DNA from: a virus
DNA: 64,000 bases
Virus record (IMG/VR): IMGVR_UViG_3300003690_003261
Coordinates: 6,955 to 70,954 of that record
Reading direction: 5' to 3' (one strand)
In this document: positions 1-8,221 of the stretch, piece after piece
Numbering within the stretch: position 1 is the first letter of the stretch
How the letters are laid out: the number at the start of each line of letters is the position of its first letter
Notes under the pieces: model-generated
The model's database searches: none
Told to the model about the DNA's origin: nothing
The model's input: only the letters and a program-made list of their open reading frames with translations
Program-made: the position numbers and the translations under genes

Positions 1-2395
1 CGGCTGTGCCAAACTTCAAGGAGGCTCTATAGCCAGACGCATAGTCGTGATGTTTAATGAAAGCTTCGGGTCTCCCATCCGAAGTACGGCGCCAATAAAT
101 ACCCATATTGTCGCCGACGTAGTTATTATGATTATGTAAAGTAATCCCCTCAAGCGATGTAATTTCTCCAGGGAACACCGGGCCCCGGATATGTAACAAA
201 CCTCGCGGTGTATCGGTGTTAATACCAACGCCGCCGGCATGGGGCCCCAAGCCGTCAAAAGAAACTATATTACCAGTTACATATAAAATTGTACCTGAAA
301 CCGCCCCATCAACCTGGAGCAGGCCGGCGTCGCCAGAAGAGGAAACATGGAGGGTCGCAGATGGAATGTTCGTACCGATGCCAACTCGGCCAGAACCAGT
401 TACAAATAGAATACTCCCAGAAGTTGCCCCATCAACTCGAAATAGTTGTTGATCGCCAGAAGACGAAACATGAAGTAGAGCAGCAACGGTGGTATGATGT
501 CCAATTCCCACCATATCATTTGCAGCATCTGTTCTTATAAGGTTTGCCTCGCCGGATCCTTTAACTTGAAAATCGACATCCTTGAGGGCATTATTAATTG
601 TAACTTTGTCCGCTTGGTCGCCTGAGCTACCTTGGACAATGTAGAGCATGTTTTCTCCACCCACCTCAATGTTTATATTATTCTTTGAACCGTCTTTTTC
701 AAACTGAATGAAGTTGTCTGCGTTTTCATTGTGATAGATGTATTCGTTAAATCCAGCATCTCCTGCAACATCAAGAGTATAATCGGGAGCATCTGTTCCA
801 ATACCTACTCTGTTTGTGCCCGCATCTGTGTGTAAAATTACTTCACCATCATCAGCCATCACCTGGAGATCCAAGTCTTGATTGGTGTTGTTTAATTGAA
901 TTATGCCGGTGCTCTTTTCTAATTTAATCGCCGACCATCCACCAGCAACAACGTTTACAAGGTTGGGCGCGAATCGTATATAAGTATCGGGATCCTCATT
1001 GTGATAGATGTATTCGTTAAATCCGGCGTCCCCCGCAACATCAAGAGTATAATCGGGAGCATCTGTTCCAATTCCCAGCGACGTGCCATCAAAGGTAAGG
1101 TTTGAAGATCCCCCAAAGGCTCCAGCATCATTAAACTGAACAGAGTTAACAGGAGCAGCCGGAGAAGTTGTGGCCCCGTCGCCTGCAGAGAGAATAACAT
1201 TATTGTTTACATCCAGACCCAAGTAGCTGGCGGGGCCCGCTAAGGTACCCGAAGTGGGAAGCAGAGTCATCAATGATGCTGAAAGATTCATCAGTTGCGC
1301 GAGCGAGCCACTAAATGAACCACTTACGGTGGTGCCATCAAATGTGAAAGCAGAAGAGGCCCCAAATGACCCTCCATCGTTATATTGAACTTGTGTATTC
1401 GAGCCGCCAGGATCACTGCCAGCGGAAGCCGTTACAACAATGTTATTATCAGCATCGAGGCCTAAGTAGCTACCCGCGCCGGCGAGGGTACCAGACGTAG
1501 GAGCCAAGTTCATTAATGATGCAGAAAGGGTTAGTAACTGTGCGAGCGATCCGGTATAGTTGGTAGCAGCTACAGTGCCCGTAACCTGTAACAAATTGCT
1601 GCTTGTAAGAAATGTCAAATTGGCGCTGGCAGCAAAGGCAGCTGCGCCGTCATTAAACTGTAGTTGCCGGGCTAATCCCGCAGCAGACTGAGCCGTGGAG
1701 GCAACAGTAATTGTACTATTCGCACCCCCGTCGGTAATCGTAATACCGGTGCCCGCCGTAAGAACTCGTTCATTCGGGAGCTTTGTGTCTGCGGTAACTG
1801 TTATATAGGTAGCCGCGAGGGGTGGATAGGGAGCCGGACGTGGTGCTGGGGGTGAGCTGCCGTCCGGCAGGGCAGCTGCGTCGACAGGACGATCGATAGC
1901 AGGCATCACCTTAAAGGTACCCGCGCGAGCGGCTATACACTCAGCGCTTATTTGAAACTTGTGCTCAACTTGGCCGAAGTAATAGCGAGTATCGTTATAA
2001 GTTCGAACAATCTCATAAAATTCATCGCCATACTGAACGAAGTCGCCAACGCGAACAAAGAGATTTTGGTCATCAACCAAACGCTTCCGATTAAAATTGA
2101 CGGTTAGTTTGCTCTGATATTCATACCCATATCGATCGTGGGTTTGTTCGTTTGAAACCTCAACGTATGCAAATACGCGGATCGGGGGAAGAGAAACCTT
2201 TTCAATGGCCTCCCCATAAACATCATTAAAATTCGATTCTTCAATGCTTATAGGATAATAAGCAATAGGCTGGCCAATGACTCTTTCAGCCAGCTCATCA
2301 TTTACTTGTTTTACAAGGTCGCGTTCTTTTTTGCCAAAGAACATCGGCGCCGGTGGGGCTGCCGGTTGACTCCATTTATTTTTAGGATCAGCCAC
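1..2395 (-). CDS. Neck/head-completion protein (T4 gp14-like N-terminus) fused to a fibre-like repeat region; 3'-partial
   Basis: Not in the ORF track because it has no stop in the window. Translated by hand from GTG 2395 (upstream AGGGGG RBS), open for 798 codons to base 1. N-terminus MADPKNKWSQPAAPPAPMFFGKKERDLVKQVNDELAERVIGQ...VRVGDFVQYGDEFYEIV resembles gp14-like neck proteins. It is followed by a Pro-rich linker and QFNDGxAF and VGIGTxxP fibre repeats. Confidence 0.75.
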   Translation of the reverse strand, partial: MADPKNKWSQPAAPPAPMFFGKKERDLVKQVNDELAERVIGQPIAYYPISIEESNFNDVYGEAIEKVSLPPIRVFAYVEVSNEQTHDRYGYEYQSKLTVNFNRKRLVDDQNLFVRVGDFVQYGDEFYEIVRTYNDTRYYFGQVEHKFQISAECIAARAGTFKVMPAIDRPVDAAALPDGSSPPAPRPAPYPPLAATYITVTADTKLPNERVLTAGTGITITDGGANSTITVASTAQSAAGLARQLQFNDGAAAFAASANLTFLTSSNLLQVTGTVAATNYTGSLAQLLTLSASLMNLAPTSGTLAGAGSYLGLDADNNIVVTASAGSDPGGSNTQVQYNDGGSFGASSAFTFDGTTVSGSFSGSLAQLMNLSASLMTLLPTSGTLAGPASYLGLDVNNNVILSAGDGATTSPAAPVNSVQFNDAGAFGGSSNLTFDGTSLGIGTDAPDYTLDVAGDAGFNEYIYHNEDPDTYIRFAPNLVNVVAGGWSAIKLEKSTGIIQLNNTNQDLDLQVMADDGEVILHTDAGTNRVGIGTDAPDYTLDVAGDAGFNEYIYHNENADNFIQFEKDGSKNNINIEVGGENMLYIVQGSSGDQADKVTINNALKDVDFQVKGSGEANLIRTDAANDMVGIGHHTTVAALLHVSSSGDQQLFRVDGATSGSILFVTGSGRVGIGTNIPSATLHVSSSGDAGLLQVDGAVSGTILYVTGNIVSFDGLGPHAGGVGINTDTPRGLLHIRGPVFPGEITSLEGITLHNHNNYVGDNMGIYWRRTSDGRPEAFIKHHDYASGYRASLKFGTA
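726..1072. repeat. Direct repeat of about 77 nt (726-802 and 996-1072), 270 nt period
   Basis: Both copies encode GIGTDAPDYTLDVAGDAGFNEYIYHNE on the minus strand, with only a few synonymous differences. Confidence 0.9.
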
Positions 2396-2407
2396 CGGTT
2401 TGTCCCC

Positions 2408-2491
2408 CTATGCGCTACGGACCGGCTCGTTTAGTCTCCACCATCGTAGGTTTTCCACCACTACCTTATAGATATTTGTTTCCATGCACAT
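2408..2491 (-). CDS. Putative 27-aa micro-ORF MCMETNIYKVVVENLRWWRLNEPVRSA
   Basis: GGAGG lies 9 nt upstream of the ATG. The ORF fills the gap between two genes, and its TAG runs into the RBS of the neck gene. Confidence 0.4.
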   Translation of the reverse strand: MCMETNIYKVVVENLRWWRLNEPVRSA

Positions 2492-2507
2492 CGACTCAAG
2501 CCTCCCC

Positions 2508-2915
2508 CTAGCCAACTGTGGTAAGGCCCGAGCCGGTTAAGACATACATCATATCATTACCAATAGTGGTTAATTCAGCAACAACCTCATAAGCTCCGGC
2601 GCTGGAGGAAACTGACAAATAAATTTCTTTACACTTAACATTTAAGTCTATACTCTTTAATCCGGCGCCGGACTGCCCTACAGTAATAAAATGATTACCA
2701 GTAATAACATTGCCGGATCCTGTAGCATTAAAATGAACACGGATGTCAGTGGTGGCGGGGTCGCGATTAATCACAGTAACGCGCTTAGTAACCGACGGAA
2801 ACTGAAGTCTATCCTCGTCCGTGAGAAGGTTGGATCCAGTAACCCAAGGCACGCCAGCAACTTGATAGGAGCCTACATTTTGCAGGCCCGCTTTATAATA
2901 TGTTTTAACAGCCAT
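2508..2915 (-). CDS. Hypothetical protein, probably virion-associated (135 aa)
   Basis: ORF with a GGAG RBS and an upstream CTATTTAG motif. Beta-rich sequence (GLQNVGSYQVAGVPWVTGS) in the head module. Confidence 0.6.
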   Translation of the reverse strand: MAVKTYYKAGLQNVGSYQVAGVPWVTGSNLLTDEDRLQFPSVTKRVTVINRDPATTDIRVHFNATGSGNVITGNHFITVGQSGAGLKSIDLNVKCKEIYLSVSSSAGAYEVVAELTTIGNDMMYVLTGSGLTTVG

Positions 2916-2933
2916 AATCTTTATCTCCGTTTA

Positions 2934-2941
2934 CTAAATAG
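2934..2941 (-). promoter_or_regulatory. Putative late-promoter motif CTATTTAG
   Basis: 18 nt upstream of ATG 2915, just 5' of the RBS; matches the recurring CTA(A/C/T)TTA(T/G) motif. Confidence 0.5.
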
Positions 2942-2957
2942 CATCATCAAGGCTGTT

Positions 2958-3179
2958 TTATCTAAACAATTTCGCATCCTTTTTCCTTTGCAGCTTTTGT
3001 TGCTCTTGAATTGCTTTTTGGTGCTTGATTCTTTTTTTTACTGATGGTTTTATATAGTGGCTGGTTCTAGCTCTGTAAGTCTCCAAAATTCCTTCTCTCT
3101 TACACTTCTTAACAAATCGCCGAATAAGTCGTTCGGGGCTTTCCCCTCTTTTCAAGCTCACGCTTGTATTAATTGCCAT
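2958..3179 (-). CDS. rpsU: Ribosomal protein bS21 homologue (73 aa)
   Basis: MAINTSVSLKRGESPERLIRRFVKKCKREGILETYRARTSHYIKPSVKKRIK matches the bS21 pattern (E..ERxLRRFKK...GIL...Y.KPS..KR). ATG 3179 is preferred over 3215, which overlaps the upstream gene. Confidence 0.85.
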   Translation of the reverse strand: MAINTSVSLKRGESPERLIRRFVKKCKREGILETYRARTSHYIKPSVKKRIKHQKAIQEQQKLQRKKDAKLFR

Positions 3180-3186
3180 GATCGCT

Positions 3187-3639
3187 TTATTTACCTTTCT
3201 TTTCCATGTGAGCATTCCAGTGGTTGCCTACGGACCCAAAAAGATCCCGTATGTCAACTCCTGGATCACCGGGATTTTGGCCAGCCATAGGAGAAGACAT
3301 TTGTGTTTCTCCCAGCGGACCCTGTGTCGGTGTGGTGCCTTCAAACAAATTGACACCGTTGTATGCGCGAGACCCGATGGCGCTCATTAGTTTGTTCTTA
3401 GACTCTTTTAGCTTTGTGCTCTCTTCTCTAGTAAAAGCATTGCGCCTCATTCTTTCAAACTCGGGATCTACTTTTTCCTCGGCCCGAACAGGCGCAGGCG
3501 CAGAAGTCTGAGCCCCACTGATTCCGCGAGCCACCTCTGATATAACTCCTGATAATATGCCCTCATCTAATATAATCTCTTTTACACATTCTTTGACTAG
3601 GGGCTTTAATATCTTTTTTAATTCTGCTTTTTTCATCAC
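3187..3639 (-). CDS. Hypothetical head-module protein with an amphipathic N-terminal helix (MKKAELKKILKPLVKECVKE)
   Basis: ORF coupled to the protease gene by an ATGA overlap. The N-terminus loosely resembles the tag of the 17.7-19.6 kb array. Confidence 0.65.
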   Translation of the reverse strand: MMKKAELKKILKPLVKECVKEIILDEGILSGVISEVARGISGAQTSAPAPVRAEEKVDPEFERMRRNAFTREESTKLKESKNKLMSAIGSRAYNGVNLFEGTTPTQGPLGETQMSSPMAGQNPGDPGVDIRDLFGSVGNHWNAHMEKKGK

Positions 3640-4235
3640 TCGCCAATAATTTCATTTAATAAATTCATGATTTTATTTTTTTGTTCAACCTGCTCGTTCA
3701 TTAAACGGTTTTCTGATAATGCCATAAATGCATTTGGTGTTGATGGTTCAGAAACGATATCAAAACAAATCAATTGAAAATCATCTTCTACAATTGTCTT
3801 CCCCATCTGCTCCTTTACCGAACCCATGCCGCGGGAAGAGATTCCGGTTTTAACCCCTGATTCAACGAGGGCCCTAAGAATTTGACCCGAGGGAGTATCA
3901 AGAACTTTAATTTTACCCATAACCGAAGGACCATCCATCCAAACCTCTGTGACCATGTGTGACACATTCACGAGGTTAATGATGGACGAATCCGGATGGT
4001 CCAACTCACCAAGGGCTCGGTTTTCACCTACAAGCTGAGCATACTTTTTCACCTCCCTCTCCATAATACTGCGAGGATACACTCGCCCGTTGCCATTCTG
4101 AACATCCGCTTCCTGCAACTTACCCGTAAGCATCATACCACCATTGCGAACAAAGGACTTCTCGACTTCCGTCAAAAGATCCTGACAGACACCACCTTCG
4201 CATAGTTCATAATATTCTCGGAGGAGCTGGGGCAT
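3636..4235 (-). CDS. Prohead core protease (T4 gp21-like)
   Basis: Motifs LQEADVQNGNGRVYP, ALGELDHP (catalytic His), GISSRGMGS (catalytic Ser) and FDIVSEPSTPNAF. Confidence 0.93.
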   Translation of the reverse strand: MPQLLREYYELCEGGVCQDLLTEVEKSFVRNGGMMLTGKLQEADVQNGNGRVYPRSIMEREVKKYAQLVGENRALGELDHPDSSIINLVNVSHMVTEVWMDGPSVMGKIKVLDTPSGQILRALVESGVKTGISSRGMGSVKEQMGKTIVEDDFQLICFDIVSEPSTPNAFMALSENRLMNEQVEQKNKIMNLLNEIIGE

Positions 4236-4238
4236 TCT

Positions 4239-4565
4239 TTATTCCTCCGCGTTCTCTTCCAGGGCACCGCCGGGTCCAATATCGACTTCCGCCCCGGGAG
4301 CAGTTTGCCGAGCCAACTCCTGTGTGACGACCGAAATTTCATCCTCCGTAAGGCCCTCCGTAGCGCGTTCCAAAGCGCCAAGAAGCCAATCGAGTACACG
4401 GTCGACCCGTGATTCTGATTCTTCAGGAGCTGCTACAGGAACCGCATCGGCTGTAGCAACAAGCCCGGGTGGGGGCTCTTCTTGTAATATCTCCTCCTCA
4501 CGATTCGTTGTCTCGTGCAAGAAGTGTCTTGGATCTATTCTTTTTGTGTTCTTTCTGTGCGCCAT
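4239..4565 (-). CDS. Hypothetical protein (basic N-terminus, acidic body; 108 aa)
   Basis: ORF with an AAGGA RBS, in the head module. Confidence 0.6.
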   Translation of the reverse strand: MAHRKNTKRIDPRHFLHETTNREEEILQEEPPPGLVATADAVPVAAPEESESRVDRVLDWLLGALERATEGLTEDEISVVTQELARQTAPGAEVDIGPGGALEENAEE

Positions 4566-4586
4566 AATATTATTCCTTTAAAGTAG

Positions 4587-4637
4587 TCAACTGCCTGAGC
4601 AGCATCTACGAACTGGTTGGATCATCCATCTTTTCAT
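4587..4637 (-). CDS. Putative 16-aa micro-ORF MKRWMIQPVRRCCSGS
   Basis: AAGGAGGTGA (10-nt match to the canonical anti-SD) lies 6 nt upstream. ATGA overlap with the stop of 4634..4954. Confidence 0.55.
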   Translation of the reverse strand: MKRWMIQPVRRCCSGS

Positions 4638-4954
4638 GATTGCTCACCTCCTTTATGGATCACCTTGATCCCAAAATCATCCACCACCATACTCAAAAAG
4701 TATGATGTTCCGGCACTAATACACCCACAAATAAACGCAGTTACGGGGCTGTTACTAAAGCTAAATAGTTCTGTCATAGAACTTACGCCCCAAAGAAAGA
4801 CCCCAACCCAGAATCCCATGCATAAAGAACAATAGAAGATACGCGCAAAACCGCCCCATGCTTCACAAGGTGGACGCACCTTATTAAAGATAGAACCATG
4901 TACAATAATAAAGGTCATGCCATACGCGGCAAGAATAAAATAGAGTAGTTCCAC
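4634..4954 (-). CDS. Small membrane protein, DUF1360-like (CxxC-GFW)
   Basis: Three hydrophobic segments and the motif FYCSLCMGFWVGVFL; GTG start. Confidence 0.6.
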   Translation of the reverse strand: MELLYFILAAYGMTFIIVHGSIFNKVRPPCEAWGGFARIFYCSLCMGFWVGVFLWGVSSMTELFSFSNSPVTAFICGCISAGTSYFLSMVVDDFGIKVIHKGGEQS

Positions 4955-4955
4955 T

Positions 4956-5462
4956 CTAATATCGATTTCTTAACGGATAGTAATAGTAGCCCGGGCGCAT
5001 GGAGCCCTTTTCGGCATACTGTGGTACTTCACCATATTCCGTAGAATCGCGATCGGACGGGTGGGTATACATATCTTCTAACTCTTTCTCATAATTATCG
5101 GCCACACGTTCGTGTTCGGCCTCATATGCTAAAAACTCGGCAATTACGAACACAGCAGCTTGCAAAGCATTAATTTGTTCATTTTCATAAAGAAGGCCTT
5201 CTAAGGATCTGTAAACATCGCCTCCCTGTACGGTGGAGCGATCAATGACCCCCTTGTCAGACAGTAGCTCAAAAAGACGGTTTTGATAATCATAGACATC
5301 TTCGGTGGCCGTAGTTTTTGGAAAAGTAACAACCTTTAATTTATCGGGAACCACAGCAATATCAATTTTTTTATGATCCATAATAAGCAAAGAACCATCC
5401 AGCGCTTTGCGCGCATTAAGCTCTACAGTTGCCTGTGGGCCTCCGATCTTAATTTTAATCAT
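4956..5462 (-). CDS. Hypothetical protein (168 aa)
   Basis: Tightly packed ORF in the head module; no motif recognised. Confidence 0.6.
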   Translation of the reverse strand: MIKIKIGGPQATVELNARKALDGSLLIMDHKKIDIAVVPDKLKVVTFPKTTATEDVYDYQNRLFELLSDKGVIDRSTVQGGDVYRSLEGLLYENEQINALQAAVFVIAEFLAYEAEHERVADNYEKELEDMYTHPSDRDSTEYGEVPQYAEKGSMRPGYYYYPLRNRY

Positions 5463-6267
5463 GAGCCGCTAGCTCCTCAACCAATTCCTGTGTTTTTAAA
5501 ATCTTGCTGAGATCTTCTGTCGTAAAATCCCGGTGGCGGAATCCTTCGAGGTATTTTACCACACCAGTAACTTTTTGTGAAATTGCAGTATCTGTGGCGT
5601 CTTCCGTAGATTCCTGAAGTGTCTCCTTAAGCCGAGACAATTCTTCGTTTAAATAGACTCGTAGCTCAAAGCCTTCGTCTGCAAAGCTTGTAATAAAATG
5701 ATTTAGCAATTCTTTTTGTTCAATCATAAGAGTACCAAATTTCTTATTAAACTTTTTTATAAAGGAATTATAAGTGAGAGTATCAATCGGTTGCATCGGT
5801 TTAGAAGGTGTATATTCCTCTGTGTGGCTCATCCTATCTACGATGGCCTGTTCAAACAAAACTTTCTTTTTAAGAGCAGTCTTAGAATTAAAAATTGCAT
5901 TCACCGAAGCAATGGATTTAAAGTTCGGCACAAAGGTGGCCCAAGCTTCTTTGCCGAGTCCTTTATTTATTGCAGCAATAACACGAGACTGGGCATCAAA
6001 AATAATATTTTCGTCTAGGGAAGAATATGCCTCTTTTGTTTCAACCAAAAGACGCTCGGCCACCTTAGTTTGAATGCTGGTGGTTTCCAGTAACACTTTA
6101 TAAAGATCTAATTCTTTTGCGAGAATACGGCCATGGCTAAAAAATTCCTTCAGTAGTACCAGTACGGTGTTCTTCCGCATAGAATCCTTATCTACAATAG
6201 CTTTAGTCAGCTCTCGAGTGAGAGTTTCATAAATAAAGGCTGTATTACGTTTCTTGTTGTGCTTCAT
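5455..6267 (-). CDS. Hypothetical helical protein downstream of portal, possibly prohead core/scaffold-related (270 aa)
   Basis: Long, Lys/Glu-rich helical ORF overlapping the portal end. Function inferred from position only. Confidence 0.55.
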   Translation of the reverse strand: MKHNKKRNTAFIYETLTRELTKAIVDKDSMRKNTVLVLLKEFFSHGRILAKELDLYKVLLETTSIQTKVAERLLVETKEAYSSLDENIIFDAQSRVIAAINKGLGKEAWATFVPNFKSIASVNAIFNSKTALKKKVLFEQAIVDRMSHTEEYTPSKPMQPIDTLTYNSFIKKFNKKFGTLMIEQKELLNHFITSFADEGFELRVYLNEELSRLKETLQESTEDATDTAISQKVTGVVKYLEGFRHRDFTTEDLSKILKTQELVEELAAHD

Positions 6268-8218
6268 TTTTGTCGGCCTCGTGCTTCTCCATCTGTTCTA
6301 CAAGCTTCCTAACTCTCACGGTGTTTTCAATCATACGTACTTCATTCCTGTTATAAATAGATTGCTTCTGTTCTTCCAGACCAACTAGTGACTTAAAGTC
6401 AAAACTCCCCACTCCTAAATCTGATACATTTATCTGGCCCGGTGTTTTGGCTCGATCAGTAGCAAGTCTAGGTGCCTCCGGTAAGGCGGTGTTTTTTATA
6501 TGGCGACTCGTTGGACCAGAGCGGCCTCTGATACGCCGATCGCCGCCGCGTTTCCGTACAGTTTGATAAGAACTCTTTTCATAATTTCGTACATCACCGT
6601 CTTCCTGAATATCCTCTCGCCGCGACGGGGCAGTTAGAAGAGCAGATTCTTCTCCGCCTTCGGGGGCGATCGCATCCAGATCCTCGCCTCCAAGTTCTTC
6701 GTCGCCCATCTCACCTCCTAAGTCTCCGAGCCCCTCGTCGCCCCCTAGAGCGTCTTCGGTACCCTGGTCAACAACAGCCTCTAAGGCTTGCTGATACTTA
6801 CGATCATAGAAAGACTCTCGCTGATTACGCAAGAACTCGTCATCGGACAATCCAAGAATATTATGACCAATCCAGCGCTTACTAAAGGTACCTTCAGGAA
6901 CGGCGTTCGCCACATCAAACTTTGTACGCATGTACTCTAGCTGTTGTAGCTCTGCCAAGCGAGAAGGATTGTTCAAGGATAAATCAAAGCTAATCAGGTC
7001 ATTCCCTCTAAACCCAAGAGTATACAAATGAACTACAGCAATCTTTTCCATCTCAGAAGTCACAGATCGCTGCAATCTTTGGATCGTCCGCGCGAAACGA
7101 ATGTCCTTCTGTGCTAAGGTAGTTTTATCTTCGTCGGCGCCCTCAAGATTGGTGAGATAGGCTTGAGGAATCTTGATGGCGGAAAACAGCTTGTCACGCA
7201 TATATTTTACGTCGTCAATATCATCAAGAGATTTGGCACCAGGTAGAGAAACGATGTCTGAGCCGACCCCTCCTCGCATTGGAATGAAATAGTCTTCTTC
7301 TAAAGATAAGGGGTTATAGCGCAGATCCACTCGACCCGTTTCGGAATCCACCAGCTGGTTGCGCTTCATCTCTGTTTTAACTTTTTCCATATATTGTGGA
7401 ACATCTTGTGGCGGAATGTTTCCTACGTCAATTTTGAAAACGCGGCGCTCGGGGGCGCGAACAACACGATATGCTAGCATCGCATCTTCTAGTAGAGTAA
7501 GCTGGCGCCAAATGCGGCGCGCAGGATCTAAAACAGAAGTTCCATAGGGCGCGTGTCGATCATTGCCAAGGATACGGAAATGGGCAACCTGCCAATTTTC
7601 AAAGGTTAGGCCGCCGCCATTCCACTGGTATTGGATATAATTAGGATTTGTTGGGTCTTGGCCTTCGAGTCTCTCTACCTCGTTGTTGGGGAGTCCCACC
7701 ACAGAGGTGACGCCTAACTTTTCGTCCACATCTAAATAAAGAAAGAAATCCCCATACTTGCACATGGACCGCGCCCAGCCGAAACTATTAAATTCGATAT
7801 TAAGTACGTCATAAAAAAGAGCTTCCAGAATAGTTTTAATCTCAAGATTCATGCACGACACATTTAACAACTTATCGTATTCATTGGAGGTGGTCATCTC
7901 GTCAGCATAAATATCAAGAGCCGATGCAAGTTCGGGCATATATTCCATCTGCTCAAAGTCAACATAACGCTCCGCACGATTCTGTGCGCGGAAAGCCGCA
8001 GACGTCATCATGTTAAAGTTCTGCGACATATTAATGTCGGAGCGCTTAAACTCTTGACCGCTTAATGAACGGAAGCGATATCGGTATTTATCTAGATCGC
8101 CGCGTTTTTCCTGGCGCGCGATTTGAGCCCGATAATTTATAATCGGTCCGGATAAAAGCCTGGTGAGCCTCTTAAATAACGGTGCGGTAGTATTTCTAGG
8201 GTTCTTCTGATTGGCCAT
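6245..8218 (-). CDS. Portal protein (T4 gp20-like), 657 aa
   Basis: Motifs ALDIYADEMT, PYGTSVLDPARRIWRQLTLLEDAMLAYRVVRAPERRVFKIDVGNIP, LEEDYFIP and KIPQAYL; adjacent to the terminase. Confidence 0.95.
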   Translation of the reverse strand: MANQKNPRNTTAPLFKRLTRLLSGPIINYRAQIARQEKRGDLDKYRYRFRSLSGQEFKRSDINMSQNFNMMTSAAFRAQNRAERYVDFEQMEYMPELASALDIYADEMTTSNEYDKLLNVSCMNLEIKTILEALFYDVLNIEFNSFGWARSMCKYGDFFLYLDVDEKLGVTSVVGLPNNEVERLEGQDPTNPNYIQYQWNGGGLTFENWQVAHFRILGNDRHAPYGTSVLDPARRIWRQLTLLEDAMLAYRVVRAPERRVFKIDVGNIPPQDVPQYMEKVKTEMKRNQLVDSETGRVDLRYNPLSLEEDYFIPMRGGVGSDIVSLPGAKSLDDIDDVKYMRDKLFSAIKIPQAYLTNLEGADEDKTTLAQKDIRFARTIQRLQRSVTSEMEKIAVVHLYTLGFRGNDLISFDLSLNNPSRLAELQQLEYMRTKFDVANAVPEGTFSKRWIGHNILGLSDDEFLRNQRESFYDRKYQQALEAVVDQGTEDALGGDEGLGDLGGEMGDEELGGEDLDAIAPEGGEESALLTAPSRREDIQEDGDVRNYEKSSYQTVRKRGGDRRIRGRSGPTSRHIKNTALPEAPRLATDRAKTPGQINVSDLGVGSFDFKSLVGLEEQKQSIYNRNEVRMIENTVRVRKLVEQMEKHEADKNEAQQET

Positions 8219-8221
8219 GTT

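Noticed and set aside
16-1200. Short track ORFs at 16..258, 216..452, 289..540 and 955..1200
   Set aside because: They are shadows or alternative frames of the long 1..2395 reading frame.
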